Shown here: positions 48,203 to 58,557 of the stretch, in pieces
Position numbering within the stretch: position 1 is the first letter of the stretch
How the letters are laid out: every line of letters starts with the position of its first letter
Source of the DNA: Capsulimonadaceae bacterium
GTDB taxonomy: Bacteria > Armatimonadota > Armatimonadia > Armatimonadales > Capsulimonadaceae
Direction of reading: 5' to 3'
Assembly: GCA_965215505.1 (NCBI GenBank)
Contig: OZ244065.1
Coordinates: 4,192,001-4,256,000, forward strand
Length of the DNA: 64,000 bases
Program-made: the position numbers and the translations under genes
The notes under the pieces: model-generated
What the model was told of the DNA's origin: nothing
What the model saw: the letters and a program-made list of their open reading frames with translations, nothing else
The model's database searches: none

Positions 48203-49411
48203 CTAAAGATGGCAATTTGTCTGCCCCACGGCACTGAGACACTCCTGCCCCACGGCACTGAGACACTCCTGCATCACCGCCTCGACGGCATCCATCCGTG
48301 ACCCCCAGGAGTGCCGCTGCGCCTCCGCCCGCCGGTCCTCTTGTCCGGTCTGTCCTGCGGCAAGCGCCGCCTCACACGCCGCCAGGAACGTCTCGCTGGT
48401 GGCAGCAAGGCGGACGAACTGCGGGTAGTCGCGGAAGCCGGCGACGTCCGTGCTGACGATGGGTTTGCCCCCGGCCAGGTACTCCCAGAGCTTGATCGGG
48501 TTCAGGCTCTCGGTGAACGGCGTCATCCGGTGCGGGGTGATGCAGACGTCGAAGGCGCGCATGTAGTCCGGCACTTCGGCATAGGGGACGGGGCCGGTGA
48601 TCTGGACGTTCCCAACCGCCCTCAGCCGGGCCTCATCGGCGGCGGGCAGATGGTTCGGCCCCACCAGGGCGACCGTGCCGCGCGCGAACCTCCGGGCCAG
48701 TGCCTCGATAAGCCCCACGTCCACGCGGTCGGGGTGGATGGTGCCGGTATAACCCAGCACGGGTTTGGCCCAATGCGCGGCGGTCGGCGGCAGCGGCAGC
48801 GCGGCATCCTGAACGCGCTCATAGTGTGCGGCGTCCACGCCGTTCGGGATCAAGTATAGATTGGGCGTCAGGCCCCGCTTCATGTCGTAGAGCTTCTGGG
48901 AGCAGACGATGACCGCATCCGCCCGGCGGCACAAGGCTTCGTCCTGGGCGGCGGTCAGACGCCGCAGCCAGTCCTTCTGCGTCAGGCTGATCCAGTCGTC
49001 GGTGATGTCGTAGACGACCGCCCGCTCGCCCATCCGCCCGGCCATGTGGACGGCGGAATGCGGGTTGAGCCAGAGCAGGGGCCGCGTGATCCCCAGCGCC
49101 CGTGCCGCCTGCCGCACCTGATGCCGCATCAGCGCTTCGTTGGCCCGCCGCCCCCAGGCGAGCGTGTTGGGGAACACCTTCAGCGGGCGCAAGAGTGTGA
49201 CGTTCGGGTACTCCGGCACGGCCACCAGCGGCGCGGCCCGCAGCGCCCCCAAACGCCCGCGCCGCAGGCCGTGGGAGACGTCGCGCGCCAGCCCGACGAA
49301 CAGTATCTTGTGGTCAGGGTGTCGCCGGGCCAGCCCCGCGCAGAGGAACTGGTTGCGCCGCCAGACCTCATCCCAATCTTCCAGGGAGACGAAAATCAGG
49401 TTAAACATCAT
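48203..49411 (-). CDS. Glycosyltransferase (GT4, TuaH-like)
   Basis: W..VWRRNQ, VYDITDDW, PNGVD and PIKLWEYLA.GKP. Confidence 0.87.
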   Translation of the reverse strand: MMFNLIFVSLEDWDEVWRRNQFLCAGLARRHPDHKILFVGLARDVSHGLRRGRLGALRAAPLVAVPEYPNVTLLRPLKVFPNTLAWGRRANEALMRHQVRQAARALGITRPLLWLNPHSAVHMAGRMGERAVVYDITDDWISLTQKDWLRRLTAAQDEALCRRADAVIVCSQKLYDMKRGLTPNLYLIPNGVDAAHYERVQDAALPLPPTAAHWAKPVLGYTGTIHPDRVDVGLIEALARRFARGTVALVGPNHLPAADEARLRAVGNVQITGPVPYAEVPDYMRAFDVCITPHRMTPFTESLNPIKLWEYLAGGKPIVSTDVAGFRDYPQFVRLAATSETFLAACEAALAAGQTGQEDRRAEAQRHSWGSRMDAVEAVMQECLSAVGQECLSAVGQTNCHL

Positions 49412-50682
49412 ACAGTTGACGCCAAAACAGGATCAAGACCGACAGGGCTTGGGCTTCCCGTTCGTCGGCTCGGCAATAGAACGCCAACCGTCAGCAGGAT
49501 GTAGTCGAGCAGTAAACACAGCGCTTTGAAGTAGGGGGGGTGGAGCCTACCAAAATGATGCAGGACAAGGTCAACGACGTTGTGGGTGTTGCTGCCGATC
49601 GAAGCCAGGGTGACTACCAGGAAAATGGCGAACAATATCCTATACCCTGTCAACTGACGCCTCGCCAGGAAACTCAAAACGAGGACCATGCTGGGCGCAA
49701 GTAAAACCGTGTCATACGTCCGATGATAGAATACGAGCAGCGCCAAGAGCGACAAGGCGCTGATATCGGCCAAACCAAATTGACTCTGCTGCCAACGCCA
49801 CAGAAAGCCGAGGATGAGAACAACGCAGATGGCTGTTTTTACTATCTCAGCGACAACAGGATTGCCTATGTCTGCAATCAAGCATTCAACATCAACACGC
49901 TCTCTGCGTCCCGTGCCATGAACATCATTTTGCGTTCCAGAGGAAAACGACGCCTTGTTGTTTCGCTGATAACTTGATAGAAACTGCCGAGGCCCGATCA
50001 GGGCGGCACCGATGATGTTGACGCCTACATACAGCAGTACGCCGGACGCTATCAGAACCTTGGTCTGTTTTGTGCCCTTGATGAACAGATACAAAAACAA
50101 AGGCAGGCAGAGCGTAAATTTGATGAGAGCGAGTAGCGATGTGAGTGGGCTGAGATGCGGCCTGTCGGACTGCAACAATCTCGCTGTCAGCAAAGTCAGC
50201 GCGATGATAGGTAAAACGATCTGCCCCAAAGAGAATGTTTGCCAAGTCCCCGGCAGAACAGCGATACACAGCGAACTAACCCAGAGCAGCCATAGCGGAG
50301 GCTCGGCGTAGACGTATTTCAGGCAAAGACAAGCGATGAACGGGATGCAGAACGCGCCCGTAATAATCTGGCACCAGCAAAAGACCGGCCACGGCAGTAA
50401 GCTCCATGGGGACAAAAGGACCAACGTTGCGGGTAAATGAATCTGAGGGGATGGAGAGGCTTGTCTTGTGGTTATAAAGTGTGCATATCCTTTTGCCAGC
50501 GATGTATGGTCATAAGGATTTTGGCCTACACGAAACAGCCGGGACCCGACGTAAAGTTGTTGACCATCGCTGTAGAGTGGCCGGATGTCATGGGTGCGGG
50601 TGTGAACGCCAGGCAACAGGAAGCCGAAGACGATACTTAAGAGAATGCCGATGTACACAACGGTCAGCTTAGTTGTCTTCAT
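49408..50682 (-). CDS. GT87-like (DUF2029) polytopic glycosyltransferase
   Basis: GQNPY, P..L...P...LP, GQ, K.T, YH..YD and many TM segments. Confidence 0.65.
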   Translation of the reverse strand: MKTTKLTVVYIGILLSIVFGFLLPGVHTRTHDIRPLYSDGQQLYVGSRLFRVGQNPYDHTSLAKGYAHFITTRQASPSPQIHLPATLVLLSPWSLLPWPVFCWCQIITGAFCIPFIACLCLKYVYAEPPLWLLWVSSLCIAVLPGTWQTFSLGQIVLPIIALTLLTARLLQSDRPHLSPLTSLLALIKFTLCLPLFLYLFIKGTKQTKVLIASGVLLYVGVNIIGAALIGPRQFLSSYQRNNKASFSSGTQNDVHGTGRRERVDVECLIADIGNPVVAEIVKTAICVVLILGFLWRWQQSQFGLADISALSLLALLVFYHRTYDTVLLAPSMVLVLSFLARRQLTGYRILFAIFLVVTLASIGSNTHNVVDLVLHHFGRLHPPYFKALCLLLDYILLTVGVLLPSRRTGSPSPVGLDPVLASTV

Positions 50683-50714
50683 GTTCCAAGGCCTTGACTA
50701 TCACAAAAAACAAA

Positions 50715-50810
50715 TTACGAGAAGCGCCGGGCCAGCCCCGCGCAGAGGAACTGGTCGCGCCGCCAGACCTCATCCCAGTCTTCCGGGGAGACGAAAATGA
50801 TGTCCGGTAA
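50715..50810 (-). pseudogene. 5' fragment duplicate of the TuaH-like GT gene
   Basis: 50725-50798 matches 49323-49396 at 71 of 74 nt and reads IIFVSPEDWDEVWRRDQFLCAGLARRFS*. Confidence 0.8.
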
Positions 50811-50875
50811 TGCTTGCACTAGAAGTTGTTCTTGATCCTCTAACGTCAACCCTCTGCCGGTCCGAGAGGCGCGAC

Positions 50876-51709
50876 TCAGTCGAAAGTTTTCTTTTGCCTA
50901 AACGAAGAGCCTTCATGAACGAATAAAAAGTCAGATTGCCACAATGCATCGTCCAGCGGTCTGCGAATAAAGGAGCAAATATCATACACGACAAAGCCGC
51001 GTTGTTTCATGAAGTTTAGGACTTCATCTACTAATGGAGCACCTCGATTGACTTCAAGGAGAGCCACTTCCATCAGTATCACCTCGACACCTTGCAAGGT
51101 GTTTTGGCTGCCTCTAAGGATCTCTAGTTCGTATCCTTGAACGTCAAGCTTGAGGAAATCAACCTTGCTTGGGATACGCTCTGCAACAATCTCGTCCAGG
51201 GTTCGCATAGCATAGCGCTTGACTTCACGTTGAATGCTGCTTTGTTCCGGCAGTATCGAAGAGCCGGTTTGAAGCTCAAAGAAAGGAACATCGTCTCGTG
51301 CTTCAGGTCCCAAAAGGCTGATTTTATAATCAACTTCACCGTTGTATTGAGCCGATACTGTCTCCAGGATTTGCTCCTTCGCCGGCTGGGCCTCAATCAT
51401 GAGGACAGCAGCGTCCGGGAATATTCCTTTGACCATTTGAGTCCAAGTTCCTTGAAAAGCACCCACATCTACGATATTGGCTGGCCGGAAACCGAGGGCG
51501 CGGAGCCGGCGCAAACTGACCTCGACGGACGCCATTTCATATCGAACACAGATATCGTCCTTGTGTGAAGCAGACATCGCGGACAGGGACGCGCGGAAAA
51601 GAACATCCTTAGCCCATGATGGCACGATTTTTCCCGTGATATGAGCTATTTTTCGTCTCACTGTGTAGTCCTTATCACCGAACAATTGGCGTTGGGTGTC
51701 CACGCGCAT
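50876..51709 (-). CDS. FkbM-family methyltransferase
   Basis: VDVGAFQG, TLD and FLKLDVQGYELEIL.G. Start uncertain. Confidence 0.88.
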   Translation of the reverse strand: MRVDTQRQLFGDKDYTVRRKIAHITGKIVPSWAKDVLFRASLSAMSASHKDDICVRYEMASVEVSLRRLRALGFRPANIVDVGAFQGTWTQMVKGIFPDAAVLMIEAQPAKEQILETVSAQYNGEVDYKISLLGPEARDDVPFFELQTGSSILPEQSSIQREVKRYAMRTLDEIVAERIPSKVDFLKLDVQGYELEILRGSQNTLQGVEVILMEVALLEVNRGAPLVDEVLNFMKQRGFVVYDICSFIRRPLDDALWQSDFLFVHEGSSFRQKKTFD

Positions 51710-52631
51710 AACGGTAAAGATGCACGGGTATTCGGGCGCAGCCGCTTACGGCTGCGCGGTAGCGCCGGTTAGCAGCATCTTTTTTGGCTGTCAGTAACCG
51801 CTGGCTGATCATGTACATTTGATAGGCTTTCCATCCGCCTCTGGCTTTCTGCTGGTGCTCTTTAGAGTTTTCGGGTGAGAAAAAGGCTTTACAACGCACC
51901 CGCCAGGCTTGTTCCGCAATTCCGGGCATCGCGCCGAGGTTGGACGAATGGCGTCTGTAGAGCATTATGACCCGGTTGATGAACTGCAAGTCGCCGAACC
52001 GGCTCAGGCGAATCAGCATGTCCCAATCTTCCGGGCCACGGAATGTTTCATCAAACGGCCCGGCCTTCTCGTAGAACTCTTTGCGGGTCAGGATCAGGCC
52101 GGGCGGGAACAGCACGTTGCCGTTCACCAGCACGTCAAAACTTGTCGGCTGTGCTAGGTCCCATTCGACAAGCCTTTTGCCGTCGAAGCCCAGACGCTGC
52201 CTGCCCCGGTCGGCGTACTCGCCCGGATTGACCGGCCGCCCGTTCTCATCTATGTAGTCCGCCAGGCCATGCGCCCCGATGAACTGCGGATTGTTTTCTA
52301 GTTCTGTTCTGAGGGTGCTGAGGGCGTCCGGCAGGTAGACATCATCGCTGTCCATAAAGGTGACATACTTTGATGAGGGATGACGTTCTCGAAATCCATG
52401 ATTACGGGCTGCGGAAGGGCCTCCATTGGGCTGTCGAAACAGGCGGATACGCGGGTCGCGATTGACATAGGCCTCTGCGACTGCGGCCGTGCCGTCCTTC
52501 GAGCCATCGTCAACGATGACGCATTCCCAGTCAGTCACCGTCTGGCTGAGAATGCTGTCTAAAGTCGCCGGCAGGAACCGCTCGCAGTTGTAGGCCGGCA
52601 TGATGATACTGATGGAGGGAGCCTGCATCAA
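51675..52631 (-). CDS. Glycosyltransferase family 2
   Basis: SIIMPAYN, DDGS.D, FMDSDD and EDWD. Confidence 0.9.
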   Translation of the reverse strand: MMQAPSISIIMPAYNCERFLPATLDSILSQTVTDWECVIVDDGSKDGTAAVAEAYVNRDPRIRLFRQPNGGPSAARNHGFRERHPSSKYVTFMDSDDVYLPDALSTLRTELENNPQFIGAHGLADYIDENGRPVNPGEYADRGRQRLGFDGKRLVEWDLAQPTSFDVLVNGNVLFPPGLILTRKEFYEKAGPFDETFRGPEDWDMLIRLSRFGDLQFINRVIMLYRRHSSNLGAMPGIAEQAWRVRCKAFFSPENSKEHQQKARGGWKAYQMYMISQRLLTAKKDAANRRYRAAVSGCARIPVHLYRYARGHPTPIVR

Positions 52632-53575
52632 GCGTACCTCTGCCAGACCTGTTCCGCTAACTTCGGGTGCCGATCGTACTGATGCACGACTGCCGGGGCC
52701 TGTCCATCATGATTGAGAAAGAGGCCCGCTGCGTCCTGAGATACATCAGTCCCGATGCTCATCGTCAGTACCGGGCCTGCCCCGTTCTTATGAATGGTGA
52801 CGGGATCGAGGCGGCCTTGGCGCAATAGGTAGTTGTGAATACCCTGGTCGTGGCTCCCGAGGGGCCAGTCGTGGCGCGCGATCTCACCAATCATCTGTGT
52901 CAGATAACGCCGGATGCCGGTCCGTGTCCCCATCGTGGTCCCGGAGCAGGAAATGACCAGGCCCTCTAGGGCGCGCACGGCATCCGGCCCGTACAGGTCA
53001 TTTATCCAGCGGCTGTTGAACGGTTCGTCCCCAAGCGTCAGGTGGGGGGCTTCAAGGAAAACTTCCAAGTCAGTGTCAAAAGTGTGGCTGAAGGGGTCGC
53101 CTTGGAAGACGACATCGCGGACGTCGGACAGCATTACGAAGTCGACATCCGGTGCATGGTTATCAAGATAATCCCGGTAGTGCCAGTAGCGGAGCGATTG
53201 GAATCCTTCCAGATATTGCTCCAAATCGAGCCTCAGCTTTATGCGTCGGTCGCCTTTGGCGCGGCGCAGGGCGGCCCGGAACAAACTTGGGTAGAGACGC
53301 CGCACCCGCCGCATTACTCTTACTTTCGCGAGCCACCGGGCATAGGCCCGTAGGTGGTGCTTCTCGATCTCGGCCCCGTAGATGCTGTCCAAGACGATGA
53401 CATCATCGGCAAGGGTTCTCAGTTCCGTGGCCGCATCCTCGCTGATGCCGCCAACGAACAGGGAGACTTTGCCGGCGTAGCTTGTCGCCCTCAGAGATTT
53501 AAGGAACGGCATGATGAGGCTGTTCGTGTAGCCGGCCGCGACGCCCATGATCAGAGAGTTCGGGGAAGAGGTCAT
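52628..53575 (-). CDS. Hypothetical, probable GT-A-fold sugar transferase
   Basis: SDVRDVVFQ.DPF, CSGT, DQGIHN and HQYDR, located inside the polysaccharide operon. Confidence 0.6.
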   Translation of the reverse strand: MTSSPNSLIMGVAAGYTNSLIMPFLKSLRATSYAGKVSLFVGGISEDAATELRTLADDVIVLDSIYGAEIEKHHLRAYARWLAKVRVMRRVRRLYPSLFRAALRRAKGDRRIKLRLDLEQYLEGFQSLRYWHYRDYLDNHAPDVDFVMLSDVRDVVFQGDPFSHTFDTDLEVFLEAPHLTLGDEPFNSRWINDLYGPDAVRALEGLVISCSGTTMGTRTGIRRYLTQMIGEIARHDWPLGSHDQGIHNYLLRQGRLDPVTIHKNGAGPVLTMSIGTDVSQDAAGLFLNHDGQAPAVVHQYDRHPKLAEQVWQRYA

Positions 53576-54714
53576 GGGGATGGTTTCACCGTGTCATAGA
53601 TGCCGAGGTACTGATCGGCGATGGCCTCCCAATCAAACACTTTAGCCCGCTCCCGGCCCGCCGCGCCCAGCCTCTGCCGCAGGGGGTTGTCGTCGGTGAG
53701 GCGATCAATGGCTTGCGCCAGGGCGCAGGCGTCCTCGGGGGGGACGAGCAGGCCCGTCTCGCCGTCCTGGACGATCTCGGGGACGCCGCCGACGCGGCTG
53801 GCGAGGACGGCCTTGCCCGCCGCCATGGCTTCCAGGTTGACGATGCCCTGCGGCTCCTGGCGGGAGGGCAGCACGAAGAACGAACAGCCCGCGAACAGCG
53901 AGACGGCCGTGGGGCGGTCGGCGCGTCCGACGAACCGTACCTGGTCGCCTAAGCCCAGGGCATCGGCCAGACGTTCCAGGGCGGGGCGCTCCGGGCCGTC
54001 ACCCGCCAGGAGCAAGTCGTGTGAGGTCTGACCGGCTCGGGCGAACGCCTGTAAAAGTACGTCGAAGCCCTTCTGGGGGACGTGGCGGCCGATGCCCAGG
54101 ATGTAGGGGCGCGGGTGCGGGTAGGGCACCGGGGCGGCGAAGCTGCTCAGGTCAATGCCGTTGTAGACCACCTCAGCGCGCGGGCCGAACGGCGACCCGA
54201 ACCACCCTTCCAGGTCGTCCAGGGTGTGCCGGGAGCAGGCGGTGATGTGGTCGGCCTCGGCCAGCAGGGCGCAGAGCATCCGGTTCATGTACGCCGACCG
54301 CTGGTAGATGCGCTCGGCGTCCATCGTCCGCTCCCCCTGGGCGGTGACGACGAGGGGCAGACGCAGCGCCCGCCGGGCGACCTGGGCGTAGTAGCCGTTG
54401 GAGCTGACGCACTGGACATGCAGCAGGTCTATCTTATGCCGCCTCAGCACGTCCAGCATCCGGCGCACGCTGGCCCCATGAGTGAGCCGGTACTTGGCCC
54501 GTTCCCGCAGGCTGCCCCCCGGCGTCCGCATGGCGAAGCGGTAGACGGGGATGCCCTCGTACTCCTCGAACTCCGGCAACTCCGGCGGCCAGCGGTTGGT
54601 GACGACAATCGCCCCGTGTCCTTTACGGTGGTAGGCGTGGGCGAGCTGTCGTACCAACTCCTCGACGCCGCCGACGTGGGGGTGGAAGGCGCTGGCAAAG
54701 AGGGCGATGTTCAC
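53572..54714 (-). CDS. Glycosyltransferase family 4
   Basis: P.VGGVE, GR.VPQKG.D and EPQGIVNLEAMA; GTG start. Confidence 0.9.
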   Translation of the reverse strand: MNIALFASAFHPHVGGVEELVRQLAHAYHRKGHGAIVVTNRWPPELPEFEEYEGIPVYRFAMRTPGGSLRERAKYRLTHGASVRRMLDVLRRHKIDLLHVQCVSSNGYYAQVARRALRLPLVVTAQGERTMDAERIYQRSAYMNRMLCALLAEADHITACSRHTLDDLEGWFGSPFGPRAEVVYNGIDLSSFAAPVPYPHPRPYILGIGRHVPQKGFDVLLQAFARAGQTSHDLLLAGDGPERPALERLADALGLGDQVRFVGRADRPTAVSLFAGCSFFVLPSRQEPQGIVNLEAMAAGKAVLASRVGGVPEIVQDGETGLLVPPEDACALAQAIDRLTDDNPLRQRLGAAGRERAKVFDWEAIADQYLGIYDTVKPSP

Positions 54715-55703
54715 GCTCCACCCCTCCCCATCTGCCGCTCCGCCGCGCCCAGCCACTTCCGCGCTTCGCTCCGCTTGTTGGACGCGGCGAGGCGTAAATA
54801 CTGCCTGTCCAGCAGGGGCCGCCTGCGAACACAGGCACCGCTTTCCAGCAAGGTGCGACAGTGTTCCACGGTGCGGTGAAAGAACACGTCAGGCGCAAGC
54901 CAGTCTTGATATGCCTGACGAGCGCGGGCGGACAGGACGGGAAAGTCAGCTTCCCGCGACTCCAGCAGCGCCGGGATCGTGCCGACTTCCGATTCCCGCA
55001 CCCGGATCGCGCAGCCTTCCCAGTCTATGCCGACGGGTGGAACCCACTCGTCGCTGATAATCACAGGGACACGACCCACCGTGAGTGTTTCCTGCAACCG
55101 GAAGGACGACGCGCCGGTTCCACGCGGACAGAGCACGAACTTGGACCGCCGCAGGACCTCCCGATAGCGGCACTTCTGCGCCTGGATGCGCTGCTCGTCA
55201 CGGCCGTCAGACAGATCAAAAAAGTCAGTGTGCGACGTGTCCTCGATGTGGGCGCGCGGGTGCGTCAGGTCTAGGAGACGGTCGCGTACTTTGTGCCGAC
55301 GCCCGCCCATGAAGCTAAACAGCAGGTCCGGCTCGGCGGCCTCTTCCGGGGCCACATGCTCGTTGTGGTTCTTGTAATAAGGCACGGCGATCTGGCGGCG
55401 CGGGTCGAAGCCAGACTTCGGCATGCTGACGTACAGCCCCGGCAGGGCGCACCAGGGCCGGTCGCGGTCGTCGTAGATCAGCGTCTTCTCAGGGAAGCGC
55501 CGGACAAGTGGGTGATGCCGAATGGCGGCCAGCGTCCAATCATGCGGCATGTGCGCGTCCACGAACAGGATGACGTCGGCCTCCGCCGCGCTTTCGGTCA
55601 GCGTATGGACGCCGAAGCGGTCACGCGCCGCCAGGCTCTGGAAGTCGGCCAGTGGCGTCCATTCGAGCGGGAAGTTCCCTGCGGTTGTGAGGAGCACCTT
55701 CAC
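54711..55703 (-). CDS. Exostosin-family (GT47-like) glycosyltransferase
   Basis: LLFSFMG and SKFVLCPRG.G.SSFRL.E....G.VPVIISD.W..P. Confidence 0.85.
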   Translation of the reverse strand: MKVLLTTAGNFPLEWTPLADFQSLAARDRFGVHTLTESAAEADVILFVDAHMPHDWTLAAIRHHPLVRRFPEKTLIYDDRDRPWCALPGLYVSMPKSGFDPRRQIAVPYYKNHNEHVAPEEAAEPDLLFSFMGGRRHKVRDRLLDLTHPRAHIEDTSHTDFFDLSDGRDEQRIQAQKCRYREVLRRSKFVLCPRGTGASSFRLQETLTVGRVPVIISDEWVPPVGIDWEGCAIRVRESEVGTIPALLESREADFPVLSARARQAYQDWLAPDVFFHRTVEHCRTLLESGACVRRRPLLDRQYLRLAASNKRSEARKWLGAAERQMGRGGA

Positions 55704-56650
55704 GTCAGGACGGCCTCCTGGACGCCGTCAATCCCCGCCATGATGCGCGCGAATGCTTCCCTGTCACTGATCTGACGTAAGGGCCTTTCCGCCGCGCGCC
55801 GTGTCTGCATCTGGTGCCTCCGCCCCCAGGCGGCTGCGAACCCTTTCAGGAACGGCGCGTCTCCCTTTGCCGCCGCCCGCGCCAGGCGGAACGGCAGCCA
55901 GGCCAGGTGCTCGCGCCGCATCTGCGGGTCGTCGATGTTCTTCCACTGGAGCAGGAACGTGTTCTGGTCCACGATGGCTCTAAGCTGCTTCTTCTTGTAG
56001 GCCGCGCCGGACGTCTGCCCCCCCAGGTGGTACAGCACGCTGCGCGGCTCATAGAGGATGCGCCAGCCGCGCCGCCAGGCGCGGTAGGATAAATCAATAT
56101 CCTCGTGGTAAAGCGGCCAGAATAACTCATCAAAGCCGCCGAGTTCGAGGTACTTGGACCGCGAGAACGCCGCCTGACCGCCGAGCGCGAAGAAGCAAGT
56201 GGAGGTGCATCCAATGTCGGGGAGCTGGTTGTACCACCACAGGCCCCGGTGGAAGCCGCCCGAGGTGCGCGACCCCTGCGGCGTCACGCGGTCGCCGGTC
56301 AGGACGCGCGTGTTGACGGCGAACACGTCCGGCGTGTGCAGGTGTTCCAGCAGCGGCGGCAGGAAATCCGGCTCGACCAGGATGTCGTTGTTGAGCAGCA
56401 GGACCGCCTCGGTGTCCAGGGTCGGCACGATGTCGTTGTAGGTGAACAGGAAGGCGTTGCGCGGAGCGCGGACGTTCCTAACCCACGGGAACTGATGCTC
56501 GGTGTAGGCGATGCTGTCATCCGTGCTGCCGTTGTCAATCAGGTACACGTCATGGTCGTGGCCGTATCGGGTTGCGGCTCCCAAGGTGCTGAAGCACCCT
56601 TCCAGCAGGCGTAGGCCGTTGTAATTAAGAACAAGGAGACTGGAGCGCAT
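55700..56650 (-). CDS. Glycosyltransferase family 2
   Basis: LNYNG, IDNGSTD, LLNND and GGFDE...YHEDIDLSYR. Confidence 0.9.
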   Translation of the reverse strand: MRSSLLVLNYNGLRLLEGCFSTLGAATRYGHDHDVYLIDNGSTDDSIAYTEHQFPWVRNVRAPRNAFLFTYNDIVPTLDTEAVLLLNNDILVEPDFLPPLLEHLHTPDVFAVNTRVLTGDRVTPQGSRTSGGFHRGLWWYNQLPDIGCTSTCFFALGGQAAFSRSKYLELGGFDELFWPLYHEDIDLSYRAWRRGWRILYEPRSVLYHLGGQTSGAAYKKKQLRAIVDQNTFLLQWKNIDDPQMRREHLAWLPFRLARAAAKGDAPFLKGFAAAWGRRHQMQTRRAAERPLRQISDREAFARIMAGIDGVQEAVLT

Positions 56651-56651
56651 T

Positions 56652-57578
56652 CTATATCAAAAAGTTTCGCGTACTTGGCAAAGCGTTGTATAGCCCTATT
56701 TTAGACAAGATTTTGTAGAAATTGATGTTCAGAATTAGTCTTGGATTGAGGCGAATGGCGTCTAAGAACTTCCCATTGCCTTGCAACCCCCGTCGTGCTT
56801 GATTCAGGCGTTCATAGACGATACGGGAGCTATAAACTTGGCGAATGTGCTGCTTACTTTTGGCAATACTGATTCGGCATTGCAAACAGTCCTTGTGGCT
56901 GTGGGAATGTTTTTGAAGTACCTGAAATAATTCCCTCGCGATGCGGAGATGGTTGCGGCTTGTCAAACTGCTGTCATGCACACGATAGCAGGAAAGTACT
57001 TCAGGGATAACAGCCACTTCGTTGTGCAGCGAAATTCGCAGCCACAAATCCCAATCTTCCCCGGTCCGCAATTGGGTGTCAAAAGGGCTGACTTTAGGCA
57101 AGGCATTCCGGCGAACCACAGCAGTGAGTGTGCCAACAGTGCAGTGTTCAAGAAGGCTATGAAAGACGTAGCCTTCTGTATGAAAGCGCTTTTCTTGTAG
57201 GTTGCCGTCACTATCTACCCAGACATGATAGGAGTGAACTAAGCCTACCTTTGGATTTGTGAAGGCTGGGATTTGGCGTTCCAATTTGTTTGGCAGCCAA
57301 TAATCGTCAGCGTCTAGGAACGCAAGGTATTCACCTGTCGAAGCGGCAATTGCTGCATTACGGGCGGCTGAGACTCCACTGTTTTTCTGACGGATGAAGG
57401 TGATTCGAATGCCGTAGCGCTCGGCGACGGTACAAGAGGCATCAGTTGAGCCATCATCTACGACTATAATCTCTACGTTAGAGTAAGTCTGTGCAAGAAC
57501 ACTCTCTATAGCCTGAGATAAGTAGGCTTCGGCGTTGTAGCAGGGAATAATGACGCTGACCTTTGAAGGAATAAACAT
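56652..57578 (-). CDS. Glycosyltransferase family 2
   Basis: VSVIIPCYN, DDGSTD, FLDADD and EDWDLW. Confidence 0.92.
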   Translation of the reverse strand: MFIPSKVSVIIPCYNAEAYLSQAIESVLAQTYSNVEIIVVDDGSTDASCTVAERYGIRITFIRQKNSGVSAARNAAIAASTGEYLAFLDADDYWLPNKLERQIPAFTNPKVGLVHSYHVWVDSDGNLQEKRFHTEGYVFHSLLEHCTVGTLTAVVRRNALPKVSPFDTQLRTGEDWDLWLRISLHNEVAVIPEVLSCYRVHDSSLTSRNHLRIARELFQVLQKHSHSHKDCLQCRISIAKSKQHIRQVYSSRIVYERLNQARRGLQGNGKFLDAIRLNPRLILNINFYKILSKIGLYNALPSTRNFLI

Positions 57579-57615
57579 CGTCGTACTCGATAGTATGTTG
57601 AGAACAAGAATAATT

Positions 57616-58554
57616 CTAACTACTCTTACTTTTGATTAGATCAGCCTTCTGATAATATCTTGGTCGCCTTCTCTCAATGAGCCACTGTTTGTGAAAATTA
57701 ATTTCTTGTACCAGTTCCATTTCCCACAGAGGCATCCCTTCTCTTGAACATTCTTGCGCCTTTACAGCACGCAAAAAGACTAACTGAATGATATGTTTGA
57801 GCAGGCGCACATAGCAAAAAGAATTATGGGAGTGATAATAATGATGAGCGACATAGGCGCTTACTCTTCCGAACTTCTCTGCGGTGGTAATAAACCCTGC
57901 ACGCGACAATCTCGACGCATCGCAATGATGCACGACCACGGTTTCTAGCGCAGCTCTGAGTCTATATCCTGCATCAAACAGCTCCCAGGTAAACAATGTT
58001 TCATCGCCAAAGCCCATCGCTCCTGGTCCCAATTCAACATTGAACTGGGGTACTTTAGTCAACACTTTCCGCGAGAACGCCATATTTGCACCCACCATAC
58101 GATTGGGTTTGTCCGCATCTAGGCCTTCGGTACTTGCTAACCAGTTCCGATGAAGTGTCTTCATCCACGGGCGCTCTAAGTGCGTTGCGAGCCTTACCCC
58201 GCCTGCCATAGCCTCCGCCTCATCCCGCAAAATTGGCCCGCACATTCCCTCGATCCAATTCTTCGGAGGCCGCACATCGTCATCGGTGAACAGAAACACC
58301 TCGCCCTGGGCCGCCGCCATCCCTGCGTTGTACGCATAGCCCTTGCCCTGCCGGGGTTCATGGATGTAGCGTACCGACATATTCGGCAGATGACAGGACG
58401 CGACAACTTCGGCAGTCGCGTCGGTGGAAGCATTATCCACTACCAACAGTTCGGTGGGCATTTGCTTTGGAACATGGAGTTGGGCAATCGCCGCCAGCGT
58501 CTGCTGTAGGTCATTAGCGCGATTACAGGTGCAGAGAATGATTGAGACAATCAC
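57616..58554 (-). CDS. Glycosyltransferase family 2
   Basis: SIILCT.NR, DNASTD, FTDDD and GANMAF. Confidence 0.9.
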   Translation of the reverse strand: MIVSIILCTCNRANDLQQTLAAIAQLHVPKQMPTELLVVDNASTDATAEVVASCHLPNMSVRYIHEPRQGKGYAYNAGMAAAQGEVFLFTDDDVRPPKNWIEGMCGPILRDEAEAMAGGVRLATHLERPWMKTLHRNWLASTEGLDADKPNRMVGANMAFSRKVLTKVPQFNVELGPGAMGFGDETLFTWELFDAGYRLRAALETVVVHHCDASRLSRAGFITTAEKFGRVSAYVAHHYYHSHNSFCYVRLLKHIIQLVFLRAVKAQECSREGMPLWEMELVQEINFHKQWLIERRRPRYYQKADLIKSKSS

Positions 58555-58557
58555 GGT

